NCBI GenBank assembly: GCA_041686025.1
Contig: JAWLEP010000010.1
Location: 41,396 to 63,729, forward strand
Reading direction: 5' to 3'
Source: Candidatus Fermentibacteraceae bacterium
Lineage (GTDB): Bacteria > Fermentibacterota > Fermentibacteria > Fermentibacterales > JCC-6
DNA length: 22,334 bases
In this document: one piece after another, positions 1 through 8,505 of the stretch
Layout of the letters: the number at the start of each line of letters is the position of its first letter
How positions within the stretch are numbered: position 1 is the stretch's first letter
Program-made: the position numbers and the translations under genes
The notes under the pieces: model-generated
The model's database searches: none
What the model saw: only the letters and a program-made list of their open reading frames with translations
Told to the model about the DNA's origin: nothing

Positions 1-45
1 TTCCTGCCTTGTGACGTTGCATGTGGCAATCCTTCCGGGAACCAT
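1..45 (-). CDS. Possible 5' end of a gene running off the left edge (MVPGRIATCNVTRQE...)
   Basis: ATG at 45 on the minus strand preceded by GGAGAGG, open to the window edge. A TGnTATATT extended -10-like motif lies at about 81-89 (minus). Too short to identify. Confidence 0.3.
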   Translation of the reverse strand, partial: MVPGRIATCNVTRQE

Positions 46-153
46 GCCCTCTCCAGCGCGCAGTCCGTAACCAAGGCCGCAATATAACAGGGCTGCAGAA
101 AGGCGGTATCCGGAAGACCCCGAGACCCTCCCCCGCCTGCCGGCGAGGGCTGC

Positions 154-489
154 TCAGTAGGCGTACTCCAGAGAGACCCTGTCCCCGTAGATCCCGATCC
201 AGACGGCGCTGGGGGACTCGTCCTTCTCCGCCGGCAGGCTTACCGTTTCCGTGCGTTCCCGTCCGCTGTACTGGAACGACAGCGTGATCGTCGACCGGGG
301 CGGCAGGGTGATGGAGCACTTCTCGGTCTCCCCCGCTCCGATCCTGTCCCAGGCGGCTTCCTGCTCACCGGCTGCAAGGGCCACATTTGATATGGGAGTC
401 TCCATCCCGTTCTTGATCTCGATGCCGGACTTGCCACAGGAGGCCGTCAGTGCTACGGCCAGCGCCATTGCTGCCAGAGTCAGCCTCAT
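154..489 (-). CDS. Small lipoprotein, hypothetical (111 aa)
   Basis: True start is internal to the 684-aa track ORF: ATG at 489 with an AGGAGG RBS. Signal MRLTLAAMALAVALTAS-C has a lipobox. The mature part is beta-rich. Confidence 0.75.
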   Translation of the reverse strand: MRLTLAAMALAVALTASCGKSGIEIKNGMETPISNVALAAGEQEAAWDRIGAGETEKCSITLPPRSTITLSFQYSGRERTETVSLPAEKDESPSAVWIGIYGDRVSLEYAY

Positions 490-675
490 GTAACCTCCTC
501 TCCTGCAGATCAGCGTTTGCGGATGAATAGAATAGCCTCCGCAAGGCCTCGATGCCAGTGGGAACTTCCGGGGCTTCTCTCCGTTGCCCGTATTGATTAG
601 CTTTCCCCTTCCCGTTTTGGCGTAACCTGTATCGACGGTTCCCTGGCCGTTGCGGCGATGGATGAGAGGTCCCGA

Positions 676-2742
676 ATGAAGCGAGCCCTGCCCAGAGGAG
701 CCCCCCTTGCGGCGGCCCTCATCATGGCCGGTACGGCGGCGGCATACATCGGACCGGGGGCCGGATTCGGCATAGTGACCTCCTTCTTTGTCTTTCTGAA
801 CGCCCTGCTGGTATCGCTGGCCTCCCTCCTCTTCTGGCCGGTGATACTGCTGATCCGGCTGGTGCGCCGTTTCAGGCTGGTCCACAGGCCACGGGCCCGG
901 AGGGTGGTGATACTGGGGCTGGACGGCCTCTCCCCCAGGGTGGCGTCGGAGCTGATGGAGGGCGGGCACATGCCCAACCTGGCCCGTCTGAGGGAGCGCG
1001 GCAGCTTCACCGGGCTGCAGACCACCTGTCCGGGGATCTCTCCGGTGGCCTGGTCCTCCTTCCAGACCGGCGCCAACCCGGGACGTCACGCCATCTTCGA
1101 CTTCCTGAAGCCCGACCGGAAGAGGTACCTGGCGGTGCTCTCCTCGGTGGACACCCGGACCACCGAGACCCCCCGGGGCGTATGGCCCTTCCGCCGACGG
1201 CGGAAGACCACCTCCACCAGTCTGCTGCGTCGCAGCGAGCCCTTCTGGAACCACCTGGGCCGCTGCGGGCTGAGGTCCACCGTTCTCCGGGTCCCCATCA
1301 CCTATCCCCCCGAGAGGCTGGACGGCCATCTGCTCAGCGGCATGTGCGTCCCCGACCTCCGGGGTACGCAGGGGAGCTACACGGTCCTGGCTCCCGGCGA
1401 GGACCCCAGGGCCGCCACCGGGGGAATGGTGCTGTCCCTGACCGAGGAATCGAAAGGGGTGTGGAAGGGAGCGGTGCCCGGCCCGGAGGGCGAAGACGGA
1501 GAGCCGGCGGAGGCTCCCCTGGAGCTGCGCAGCCGCGGCGGCCGCTGGAGGATCACCGTATCCGGGGAGACAGCAGAGGTGGAGCCGGGCATGCTCAGCC
1601 CCTGGATCACAGTCACCTACCGGATCGGCCGCAGCAGGGTCAGGGGAATCACCAGGGCCCGGGTTACCGAGACCCCGCAGGGGCCGAGCGTATACCTCAC
1701 CGCCCTGCACGTGGACCCCTCTTCCCCGGCGGTGCCCATAAGCCATCCCGTCACCTACTCCCGGTACCTGGCCGGGATGCAGGGCCCCTTCGCCACCCTG
1801 GGGCTGGCCGAGGACACGTGGGCCCTCTCCAACGGGGCCACCACCGAGGAGGGCTTCCTGGAGCAGGCGTGGTCCATATTCGAGGAGCGCAGGAAGATGT
1901 GGCGCGATGCCCTGCGGCGAACAAGGCGGGGTCTGGTGGTATGCGTATTCGACACCTCCGACCGCATACAGCACATGTTCTGGGGCCACGGGACCGGCCC
2001 GGAGACCCCCATCGGCGAGATGTACCGGCGAATGGACGACCTCATAGGTGAGACGGCGGAAGCAATGGGACGCAGGGACCTCCTGATAGTCATGTCCGAC
2101 CACGGGTTCACCTCTTTCCATACCTGCGTGGACTTCAACCGGTGGCTCGTGGAGGAGGGGTACATGGTCCTGGAGGACGGCGTCGATACTGTGGAGACCG
2201 GCTTCCACGGCGTGGACTGGAGCCGGACCAGGGCCTACTCCATGGGCCTGGCGGGCATCATGCTAAACCTCCGCGGCCGGGAGGGCCGGGGCATCGTGGA
2301 ACCCGGCGAGGAGGCCGGGGCGCTGCTTGCGGAGATCGCCGAGAGGCTCCGGCGGCTGCGCACCGAAGACGGCAAACAGGTGGTAAGGGAGACCTGGACT
2401 TCATCGGAGGCCTACAACGGCCCCTACACCTCGCAGGGCCCAGACCTGGTGGTGGGAACCAGCAGCGGCTTCAGGGCCGGCTGGGGATGCGTCACCGGCG
2501 GCGTGGGCCCCCGGGTGATATATCCCAACCGGAAGCACTGGAACGGCGACCACTGCCACGCCCGGTCCCAGGTGCCGGGAACGCTGGCCTCCAACTGGGT
2601 GTTCAATTGCGATGGCCAGCCCGACATCATGGACATAGCCCCCACGGTACTGGACGTGATGGGGGCACCCGTTCCCGACTACATGGAGGGCCGGCCCATG
2701 GAGGCCCGCAGACCCCAAGACCGGGGAGGAGACGGCCGATGA
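676..2742 (+). CDS. Alkaline phosphatase superfamily (nucleotide pyrophosphatase/phosphodiesterase-like) protein, membrane-anchored
   Basis: VVILGLDG, TTCPGISPVAWSSFQTG (Ser at the nucleophile position), DRIQH, SDHG and GDH metal-ligand motifs. N-terminal signal-like segment ends AAA, then YIGPGAG, a long hydrophobic helix and an Arg-rich stretch. GAGAGG RBS before ATG 676. Confidence 0.88.
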   Translation: MKRALPRGAPLAAALIMAGTAAAYIGPGAGFGIVTSFFVFLNALLVSLASLLFWPVILLIRLVRRFRLVHRPRARRVVILGLDGLSPRVASELMEGGHMPNLARLRERGSFTGLQTTCPGISPVAWSSFQTGANPGRHAIFDFLKPDRKRYLAVLSSVDTRTTETPRGVWPFRRRRKTTSTSLLRRSEPFWNHLGRCGLRSTVLRVPITYPPERLDGHLLSGMCVPDLRGTQGSYTVLAPGEDPRAATGGMVLSLTEESKGVWKGAVPGPEGEDGEPAEAPLELRSRGGRWRITVSGETAEVEPGMLSPWITVTYRIGRSRVRGITRARVTETPQGPSVYLTALHVDPSSPAVPISHPVTYSRYLAGMQGPFATLGLAEDTWALSNGATTEEGFLEQAWSIFEERRKMWRDALRRTRRGLVVCVFDTSDRIQHMFWGHGTGPETPIGEMYRRMDDLIGETAEAMGRRDLLIVMSDHGFTSFHTCVDFNRWLVEEGYMVLEDGVDTVETGFHGVDWSRTRAYSMGLAGIMLNLRGREGRGIVEPGEEAGALLAEIAERLRRLRTEDGKQVVRETWTSSEAYNGPYTSQGPDLVVGTSSGFRAGWGCVTGGVGPRVIYPNRKHWNGDHCHARSQVPGTLASNWVFNCDGQPDIMDIAPTVLDVMGAPVPDYMEGRPMEARRPQDRGGDGR

Positions 2743-4721
2743 AGCGCAGGGAGTTCCTGAGGCTCGCATCACTGTCGCCGCTGGCCCTGCTGGCCCTGAG
2801 ATCCGGCATTGCCCGGGCCTCCGGGCGCGCCCGCCGGGTGATAGTCCTGGGCATCGACGGCATGGATCCGGGACTGCTGCGCAGGTTCGTCTCCCAGGGA
2901 CGCATGCCCAACGCCGCCCGGCTCATGCAGATGGGCGGAATGAGGCCCCTGGGCACCAGCAACCCGCCGCAGAGCCCCGTGGCCTGGTCGAGCTTCATCA
3001 CCGGTGCCGGCCCCGACGTTCATGGCATATACGACTTCATCCACCGGGACGCCGAGACCATGGCCCCCTTCCTCTCCACCTCGGAGGTAACCGACTCCGG
3101 TGACTCCATCGGAATAGGCAAGTGGAGGATTCCCACCGGAGGCGCGGACGTGAAGCTCCTGCGCCGGGGCCGTCCCTTCTGGAGCCACATCACCGACGAC
3201 GGCATACCCGCCTCCCTGATCAAGCTCCCCGTGGACTTTCCCCCCGGCGCCGGAAGGGCCCGGATCCTGTCCGGCCTGGGGACCCCCGACCTCCGGGGCA
3301 GCCAGGGCAGCTTCACCTTCTTCACCGACGACCCCCGGGCGCTCTCCGACGACACCGGGGGAGGCATAATCCGAGCGGTCAGGGACTACGGCGACGGCCT
3401 CTACGAGTGCCGCCTGGAAGGCCCCGAGAACACCATGCTGGAGAGCGGGGGCAAGATGGAGGTCCCGCTGAACGTATGGATCGACCGCGGCTCCCGGGGA
3501 GTGCGGATAGACGTATGCGGGGAGAGGGTTGTCCTGGGCGAGGGCCAGTGGAGCCCCTGGGTCTCCCTGTCCTTCGACCTGATTCCCGGAATCTCCAGCG
3601 TCAACGGCATCGCCCGCTTCTTCCTCAAGGAGGCGGGCCGCTACCTGAAGCTCTACGTGACGCCCATAAACATCGACCCCAGGAGCCCGGCCCTGCCCAT
3701 CTCCAGCCCCGACCACCTCAGCTCCGACCTGGCCCGGGCGGTGGGCCCCTTCTACACGCAGGGCTTCCCCGAGGACACCAAGGCGCTCTCCCGTGGCGTT
3801 CTCAGCGACGCCGAGTACATGCAGCAGGCGGAGATCGTCCTGGCCGAGAGGATGAAGCTCTACGAGCATTCACTGTCCAACTTCGATGACGGCCTGTTCT
3901 TCTTCTACTTCACGTCGCTGGACCTGAACGTGCACATGTTCTACAGGGCCATAGACAGCGAGAGCCCCCTTCACGCCCAGGTGGACATGGGAAGCTTCGG
4001 GGACGTGGTGGCCGACCTGTACGGCAGGATAGACAGGGCCATCGGAATGGCCATGGAGCACATGGACGACCGCACCGTGCTGCTGGCGCTCTCCGACCAC
4101 GGCTTCGCGCCCTTCAGGAGGTCGTTCAACCTCAACAGCTGGCTGGCGGCCGAAGGCTACGCCACGCTGGGCGACCCCTACAGCCGCGACCAGGACATGT
4201 ACGCCGCCGCGGACTGGTCGGAAACCTCCGCCTACGGGCTGGGCCTCAACGGTCTCTACATAAACCTCCGCGGCCGGGAGAGGGACGGCGTGGTGGCTCC
4301 GGCCGAGAAGGACAGGCTCATGGAGGACATAGCACGGCGTCTGGAATCCGCCACGGATCCGGCCACCGGCCGGAGCGTGGTGCGCAGGGCCTACATCACA
4401 GACCGCGTCTTCGGCCCCGACCAGCCTCCTTGGGCCCCCGACATGCTGGTGGGATACGCCAACGGCTACCGGGCCTCATGGGAGACGACTCTGGGGGCCT
4501 ATCCGGAGGAAGTGATAACCGACAACCTCGACCCCTGGAGCGGCACACACTGCACCAGCCCCGCGGTTGTTCCGGGCACCCTCCTTTCCAGCGTCCCCAT
4601 AGCGCTTGACACCCCCACCCTCATGGACATGGGCCGTAGCGTCTGCTCGTTGCTGGGCACCTCCACGCAGCCGGCCCACGGGCGGGACGTCTTCGACGAC
4701 GAACCGGAGACCCGCGCCTGA
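2739..4721 (+). CDS. Tat-exported alkaline phosphatase superfamily (NPP-like) protein, paralog of the upstream gene (660 aa)
   Basis: ATGA overlap with the previous stop and a GGAGGAG RBS. Twin-arginine signal MKRREFLRL...IARA. Motifs VLGIDG, TSNPPQSPVAWSSFITG, DLNVH, SDHG and GTH. Confidence 0.88.
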   Translation: MKRREFLRLASLSPLALLALRSGIARASGRARRVIVLGIDGMDPGLLRRFVSQGRMPNAARLMQMGGMRPLGTSNPPQSPVAWSSFITGAGPDVHGIYDFIHRDAETMAPFLSTSEVTDSGDSIGIGKWRIPTGGADVKLLRRGRPFWSHITDDGIPASLIKLPVDFPPGAGRARILSGLGTPDLRGSQGSFTFFTDDPRALSDDTGGGIIRAVRDYGDGLYECRLEGPENTMLESGGKMEVPLNVWIDRGSRGVRIDVCGERVVLGEGQWSPWVSLSFDLIPGISSVNGIARFFLKEAGRYLKLYVTPINIDPRSPALPISSPDHLSSDLARAVGPFYTQGFPEDTKALSRGVLSDAEYMQQAEIVLAERMKLYEHSLSNFDDGLFFFYFTSLDLNVHMFYRAIDSESPLHAQVDMGSFGDVVADLYGRIDRAIGMAMEHMDDRTVLLALSDHGFAPFRRSFNLNSWLAAEGYATLGDPYSRDQDMYAAADWSETSAYGLGLNGLYINLRGRERDGVVAPAEKDRLMEDIARRLESATDPATGRSVVRRAYITDRVFGPDQPPWAPDMLVGYANGYRASWETTLGAYPEEVITDNLDPWSGTHCTSPAVVPGTLLSSVPIALDTPTLMDMGRSVCSLLGTSTQPAHGRDVFDDEPETRA

Positions 4722-5536
4722 TGGCCGCCGTCAGGGGAGCCCTGGATCTGCTCTTCGACGCCGTGACCTGGCCCCTGGGGGGCACCCGTCCCCTGTGGGG
4801 CCTGATCCTGGTGTCCCTGCTGTCCGGCCTGTGGATGATACTGCTGTTCAAGACCGCGTCTCCGCAGCGGGCCATCAAGCGGCTTCGCCGCAGGATGGGG
4901 GCCCAGGCCCTGGGCATGCTGCTCTACCTCTCCTCCCCCCTGCAGGTGCTGCGCCTGGCCGGAGGGCTGCTGTGGAGCAACTTCCTCTACCTGGGGATGA
5001 TACTCCTGCCCCTGGCGGTGATAGCCCTTCCCTTCGGACTCACCTACGGCCAGCTGGAGGCCAGGTACGGCCGCGGGTATCCCGCCGCCGGGGATACTCT
5101 CACGGCCACCGTCGAGTACGCAGTAGACCCCCCCGGCGATGAGGAGGTGGTCTCCCCGTCGCGGGGCCTGGCTCCGCTGCCGCCTCTGGTGACCATCGAT
5201 TCACTGCGGCAGGTTAGCTTCCGGCTTAGATTGGAAGAGACCGCCCCCAGGTCCCTGGCGACGGCCGGGGAAGAGCTCCCCGTTGGACGCCGGTCCCTTC
5301 GGTCCGGGAGCATCGTCTACTCCGGGGCCGAGACCCCTTCGGCGGCCTCGGTCTTCCGGCCGGGGAACATGATCATCTCCCCGGAGGCCAGGGACTCGCT
5401 GCGCTCCTTCCGGGTTTCGATTCCCGGCCGGGATTACCATGTTCTGTGGAGGGGATGGTCCTGGCTGGCCGTATTCCTGGTGTTCTCCACGCTTTCGGCC
5501 GTGGCGGGAGCCATCGTTTTCAAGGTAAGGGTATAG
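4721..5536 (+). CDS. Integral membrane protein, DUF106/EMC3-TMCO1 (Oxa1 superfamily)-like architecture
   Basis: Translationally coupled (TGATG). Amphipathic N-terminus, TM1, basic helical loop (SPQRAIKRLRRRM), Pro-containing TM2, a soluble insertion, then C-terminal WSWLAVFLVFS TM3 ending KVRV. Family assignment is by pattern only. Confidence 0.7.
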   Translation: MAAVRGALDLLFDAVTWPLGGTRPLWGLILVSLLSGLWMILLFKTASPQRAIKRLRRRMGAQALGMLLYLSSPLQVLRLAGGLLWSNFLYLGMILLPLAVIALPFGLTYGQLEARYGRGYPAAGDTLTATVEYAVDPPGDEEVVSPSRGLAPLPPLVTIDSLRQVSFRLRLEETAPRSLATAGEELPVGRRSLRSGSIVYSGAETPSAASVFRPGNMIISPEARDSLRSFRVSIPGRDYHVLWRGWSWLAVFLVFSTLSAVAGAIVFKVRV

Positions 5537-5552
5537 ACGGGACGGAGGAGGA

Positions 5553-5753
5553 ATGGCCAAGAAGCTGAAGATAAAGATGGAGCCCGAGATGCTGGAGCGG
5601 ATACGCAAGGTGGCCAGGGCCGGCGGCTACTCCTCGGAGCAGGAGTTCGTGATGCACGTCCTGGAGCGGGAGCTTGCGCAGCTCGACCCCGGCGACGCCG
5701 AGTCCGAGGAGGAGATCCGCAAGAAGATGGAGGGGCTGGGCTACATCTCCTAG
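5553..5753 (+). CDS. Small ribbon-helix-helix (CopG-like) protein with a C-terminal EEEIRKKMEGLGY tail
   Basis: Strong GGAGGAGG RBS. Alternating beta strand KLKIKM, helix PEMLERIRKVARAG, GYSS turn, helix EQEFVMHVLERELAQL. Confidence 0.8.
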   Translation: MAKKLKIKMEPEMLERIRKVARAGGYSSEQEFVMHVLERELAQLDPGDAESEEEIRKKMEGLGYIS

Positions 5754-5780
5754 CCGTCCCCTTTTCTCCGTCCCCTTTTC
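5754..5780. repeat. Tandem direct repeat CCGTCCCCTTTTC x2 filling the convergent intergenic gap
   Basis: Exact 13-nt copies at 5754-5766 and 5768-5780. Confidence 0.8.
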
Positions 5781-5781
5781 G

Positions 5782-6198
5782 CTACAGGTAGCCCAGGTCG
5801 GAGAGCTTCTTCCTTATCTCCTCTTCCTCGTCGGGATGGACGTCGTGCTCCGGGGGCGGAACCAGTCCGGCCAGCTCCAGCTCGCGGACGAAAACGTTCA
5901 TCATGTTCTTGCTCTCGAGCATCTCCTCGGAGACCTTCCGCACCTCCACCTCGTCGAGGCTGACGTCGGGCATCTCCGAGCAGCCGGAGGTTATCACGAT
6001 CACGCCGTGGCGGGCCAGCATGCCGCAGGCGGCAGCCTTGCCGTTGGCGCTGGTGTCTCCCACTCCCATCTTCTCCAGGGCGTTCCTGTGCAGGACCTCC
6101 ACCCTTCCCCCCCGGGACAGAAGCTCCCGTCCCAGGCTGTCGGCCATCCCGTCGGCCTGCTCGCTGTCGGAGGCGATCCAGATGACTACGCCCTTCAT
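5782..6198 (-). CDS. Degenerate adenylyl-sulfate kinase (CysC)-like protein lacking the P-loop, with a C-terminal EEEEIRKKLSDLGYL tail (138 aa)
   Basis: ATGA overlap with the sat stop. MKGVVIW..., ELLSRGGRVEVL and MLARHGVIVIT follow the CysC N-terminal pattern, but GxSGxGKS/T, DGD and the lid region are absent. Confidence 0.7.
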   Translation of the reverse strand: MKGVVIWIASDSEQADGMADSLGRELLSRGGRVEVLHRNALEKMGVGDTSANGKAAACGMLARHGVIVITSGCSEMPDVSLDEVEVRKVSEEMLESKNMMNVFVRELELAGLVPPPEHDVHPDEEEEIRKKLSDLGYL

Positions 6199-7358
6199 CC
6201 GTTCTCCTTCCCGGACTTTGCCGCCCGCATAAGTATCTCGGCTATCTCCGGCCTGGTGAACTCCTCCGGAGGCGTCCTTCCCTCTCTGAGCATGGCCCGG
6301 ACCTTCCTGCCGGAGAGGAAGATGTGCTGGTCTCCGCCGTGGGGGCAGGTCTTGGCGGTGGCCATGCCCTGGCACCTGACGCAGTAGAAGGCGTGCTCGA
6401 ACTTCAGCGGCACCACCTCCAGCTCATCCTCGTCAATGCCCTCGAATATCATCTGCGCGTCGTAGGTGCCGTAGAAGTCCCCCACGCCGGCGTGGTCGCG
6501 GCCCACGATGAAGTGGCTGCACCCGTAGTTCTTTCGCAGGAGCGCGTGGAAGACGGCCTCCCGCGGGCCCGCGTAGCGCATGGCGGCGGGGAAGACGCTC
6601 ATGGCAACCCTGGTCTCGGGGTAGTACCTCTGCAGTATCTCGTGGTAGCACTCCATGCGCACCTCGGCGGGGATGTCGTCGGACTTGGTCTCCCCCACCA
6701 GGGGGTGCAGCAGCAGGCCGTCCACTATCTCCAGGGCGCACTTCTGTATGTACTCATGGGCCCTGTGGATGGGATTGCGGGTCTGGAACGCCACCACGCT
6801 CTTCCAGCCCTTGGCTCGGAATAGCACCCGTGTCTCCTTGGGGTCCAGGCGGTACTGGGCGAAGGTCTCCTCGTCGCGCCGTCTTATCGCACGGACTCTG
6901 CCGCCGATGTACCGGCCGGAGAGTCCTCTCAGGTAGGCGACTCCGGGATGGGAGCCGTCGGTGGTGCCCAGGCATTTCTCCGCCTCGTGGTCGAGGTCGG
7001 CCCGGTACACGTCGGTGATCTCGATGTCGCCCCAGACCCTGCCGTTCCCGTCGCGCAGCGCCGCGCGGTCGCCGGACTGCACCTCCGGGTCGTCGGGCTT
7101 CACCGAGAGGGTAACGGGGAGCGACCAGACGGGGCCCGAGGAGAGGTGCATCAGGTCCACCACGCCTATGTAGTCGTGGCGGTCCATGAAACCCTCCAGC
7201 GGACTCATGGCTCCGTTGGATATCATCTCCAGGTCGTTGAGCTCCCTGGAGTTCACCGTAAGGGAAGGCAGATCCGAGGCTTCCTGCAGCAGGGCCTCCG
7301 CCTCCTCCCCCTCCAGCTGTCTGTCTATCAGTCTGCCTCCATGCGGGGCAACCAGCAT
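6195..7358 (-). CDS. sat: Sulfate adenylyltransferase (ATP sulfurylase, Sat type), 387 aa
   Basis: MLVAPHGGRL start, FQTRNPIHRAHEY, MRYAGPREA, HFIVGRDHAG and the CxxC...CPH Zn site. Confidence 0.97.
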   Translation of the reverse strand: MLVAPHGGRLIDRQLEGEEAEALLQEASDLPSLTVNSRELNDLEMISNGAMSPLEGFMDRHDYIGVVDLMHLSSGPVWSLPVTLSVKPDDPEVQSGDRAALRDGNGRVWGDIEITDVYRADLDHEAEKCLGTTDGSHPGVAYLRGLSGRYIGGRVRAIRRRDEETFAQYRLDPKETRVLFRAKGWKSVVAFQTRNPIHRAHEYIQKCALEIVDGLLLHPLVGETKSDDIPAEVRMECYHEILQRYYPETRVAMSVFPAAMRYAGPREAVFHALLRKNYGCSHFIVGRDHAGVGDFYGTYDAQMIFEGIDEDELEVVPLKFEHAFYCVRCQGMATAKTCPHGGDQHIFLSGRKVRAMLREGRTPPEEFTRPEIAEILMRAAKSGKENG

Positions 7359-7432
7359 CTCTACCTGACCTTTCGGGGTTTCTTCACGAAGTATCGCAGG
7401 CTGTTGAAGGAACGGCACGCAGCCGGTCAGGT

Positions 7433-7460
7433 ATTATACCGTTCATCAACCGCCCGGCAA
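7433..7460 (-). promoter_or_regulatory. Sigma70-type promoter for the sat operon
   Basis: Minus strand TTGCCG (7460-7455), 16-nt spacer, perfect TATAAT (7438-7433), about 75 nt upstream of sat. Confidence 0.6.
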
Positions 7461-7623
7461 AACTCCCTCTTTGCCGCCACCCGGCAGACGCCCAGTCCCC
7501 TGCGCGACGGTGAGCCTTCTCCGGGCCGCCCCGGTCATCTCTCCCCTTTCCCCCCAGGTCTGCCCGCGGCTATTGGCCGCAAGCCCGTTTTTTGATAGTT
7601 ATACCCAATGAAGGGAGACCCGA

Positions 7624-8501
<878 letters not shown>

Positions 8502-8505
<4 letters not shown>

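Noticed and set aside
1015..1070. Calling the AlkP proteins formylglycine-dependent sulfatases
   Set aside because: No (C/S)xPxR motif. The segment matches the NPP-type nucleophile helix instead.
490..2208. Long 684-aa minus-strand ORF and other long antisense or alternate-frame ORFs (e.g. 12879-15299, 15538-17142, 18438-19796)
   Set aside because: Shadow ORFs of GC-rich genes with no motifs. Only the last 111 codons of the 154-2208 ORF look real.
5782..6198. Annotating the gene as functional cysC or as a pseudogene
   Set aside because: Catalytic motifs are missing, but there is no frameshift or internal stop, and coupling and the tail are preserved.
6195..7358. Evidence of dissimilatory sulfate reduction
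   Set aside because: No aprAB, qmo or dsr genes in the window. Sat alone is not diagnostic.
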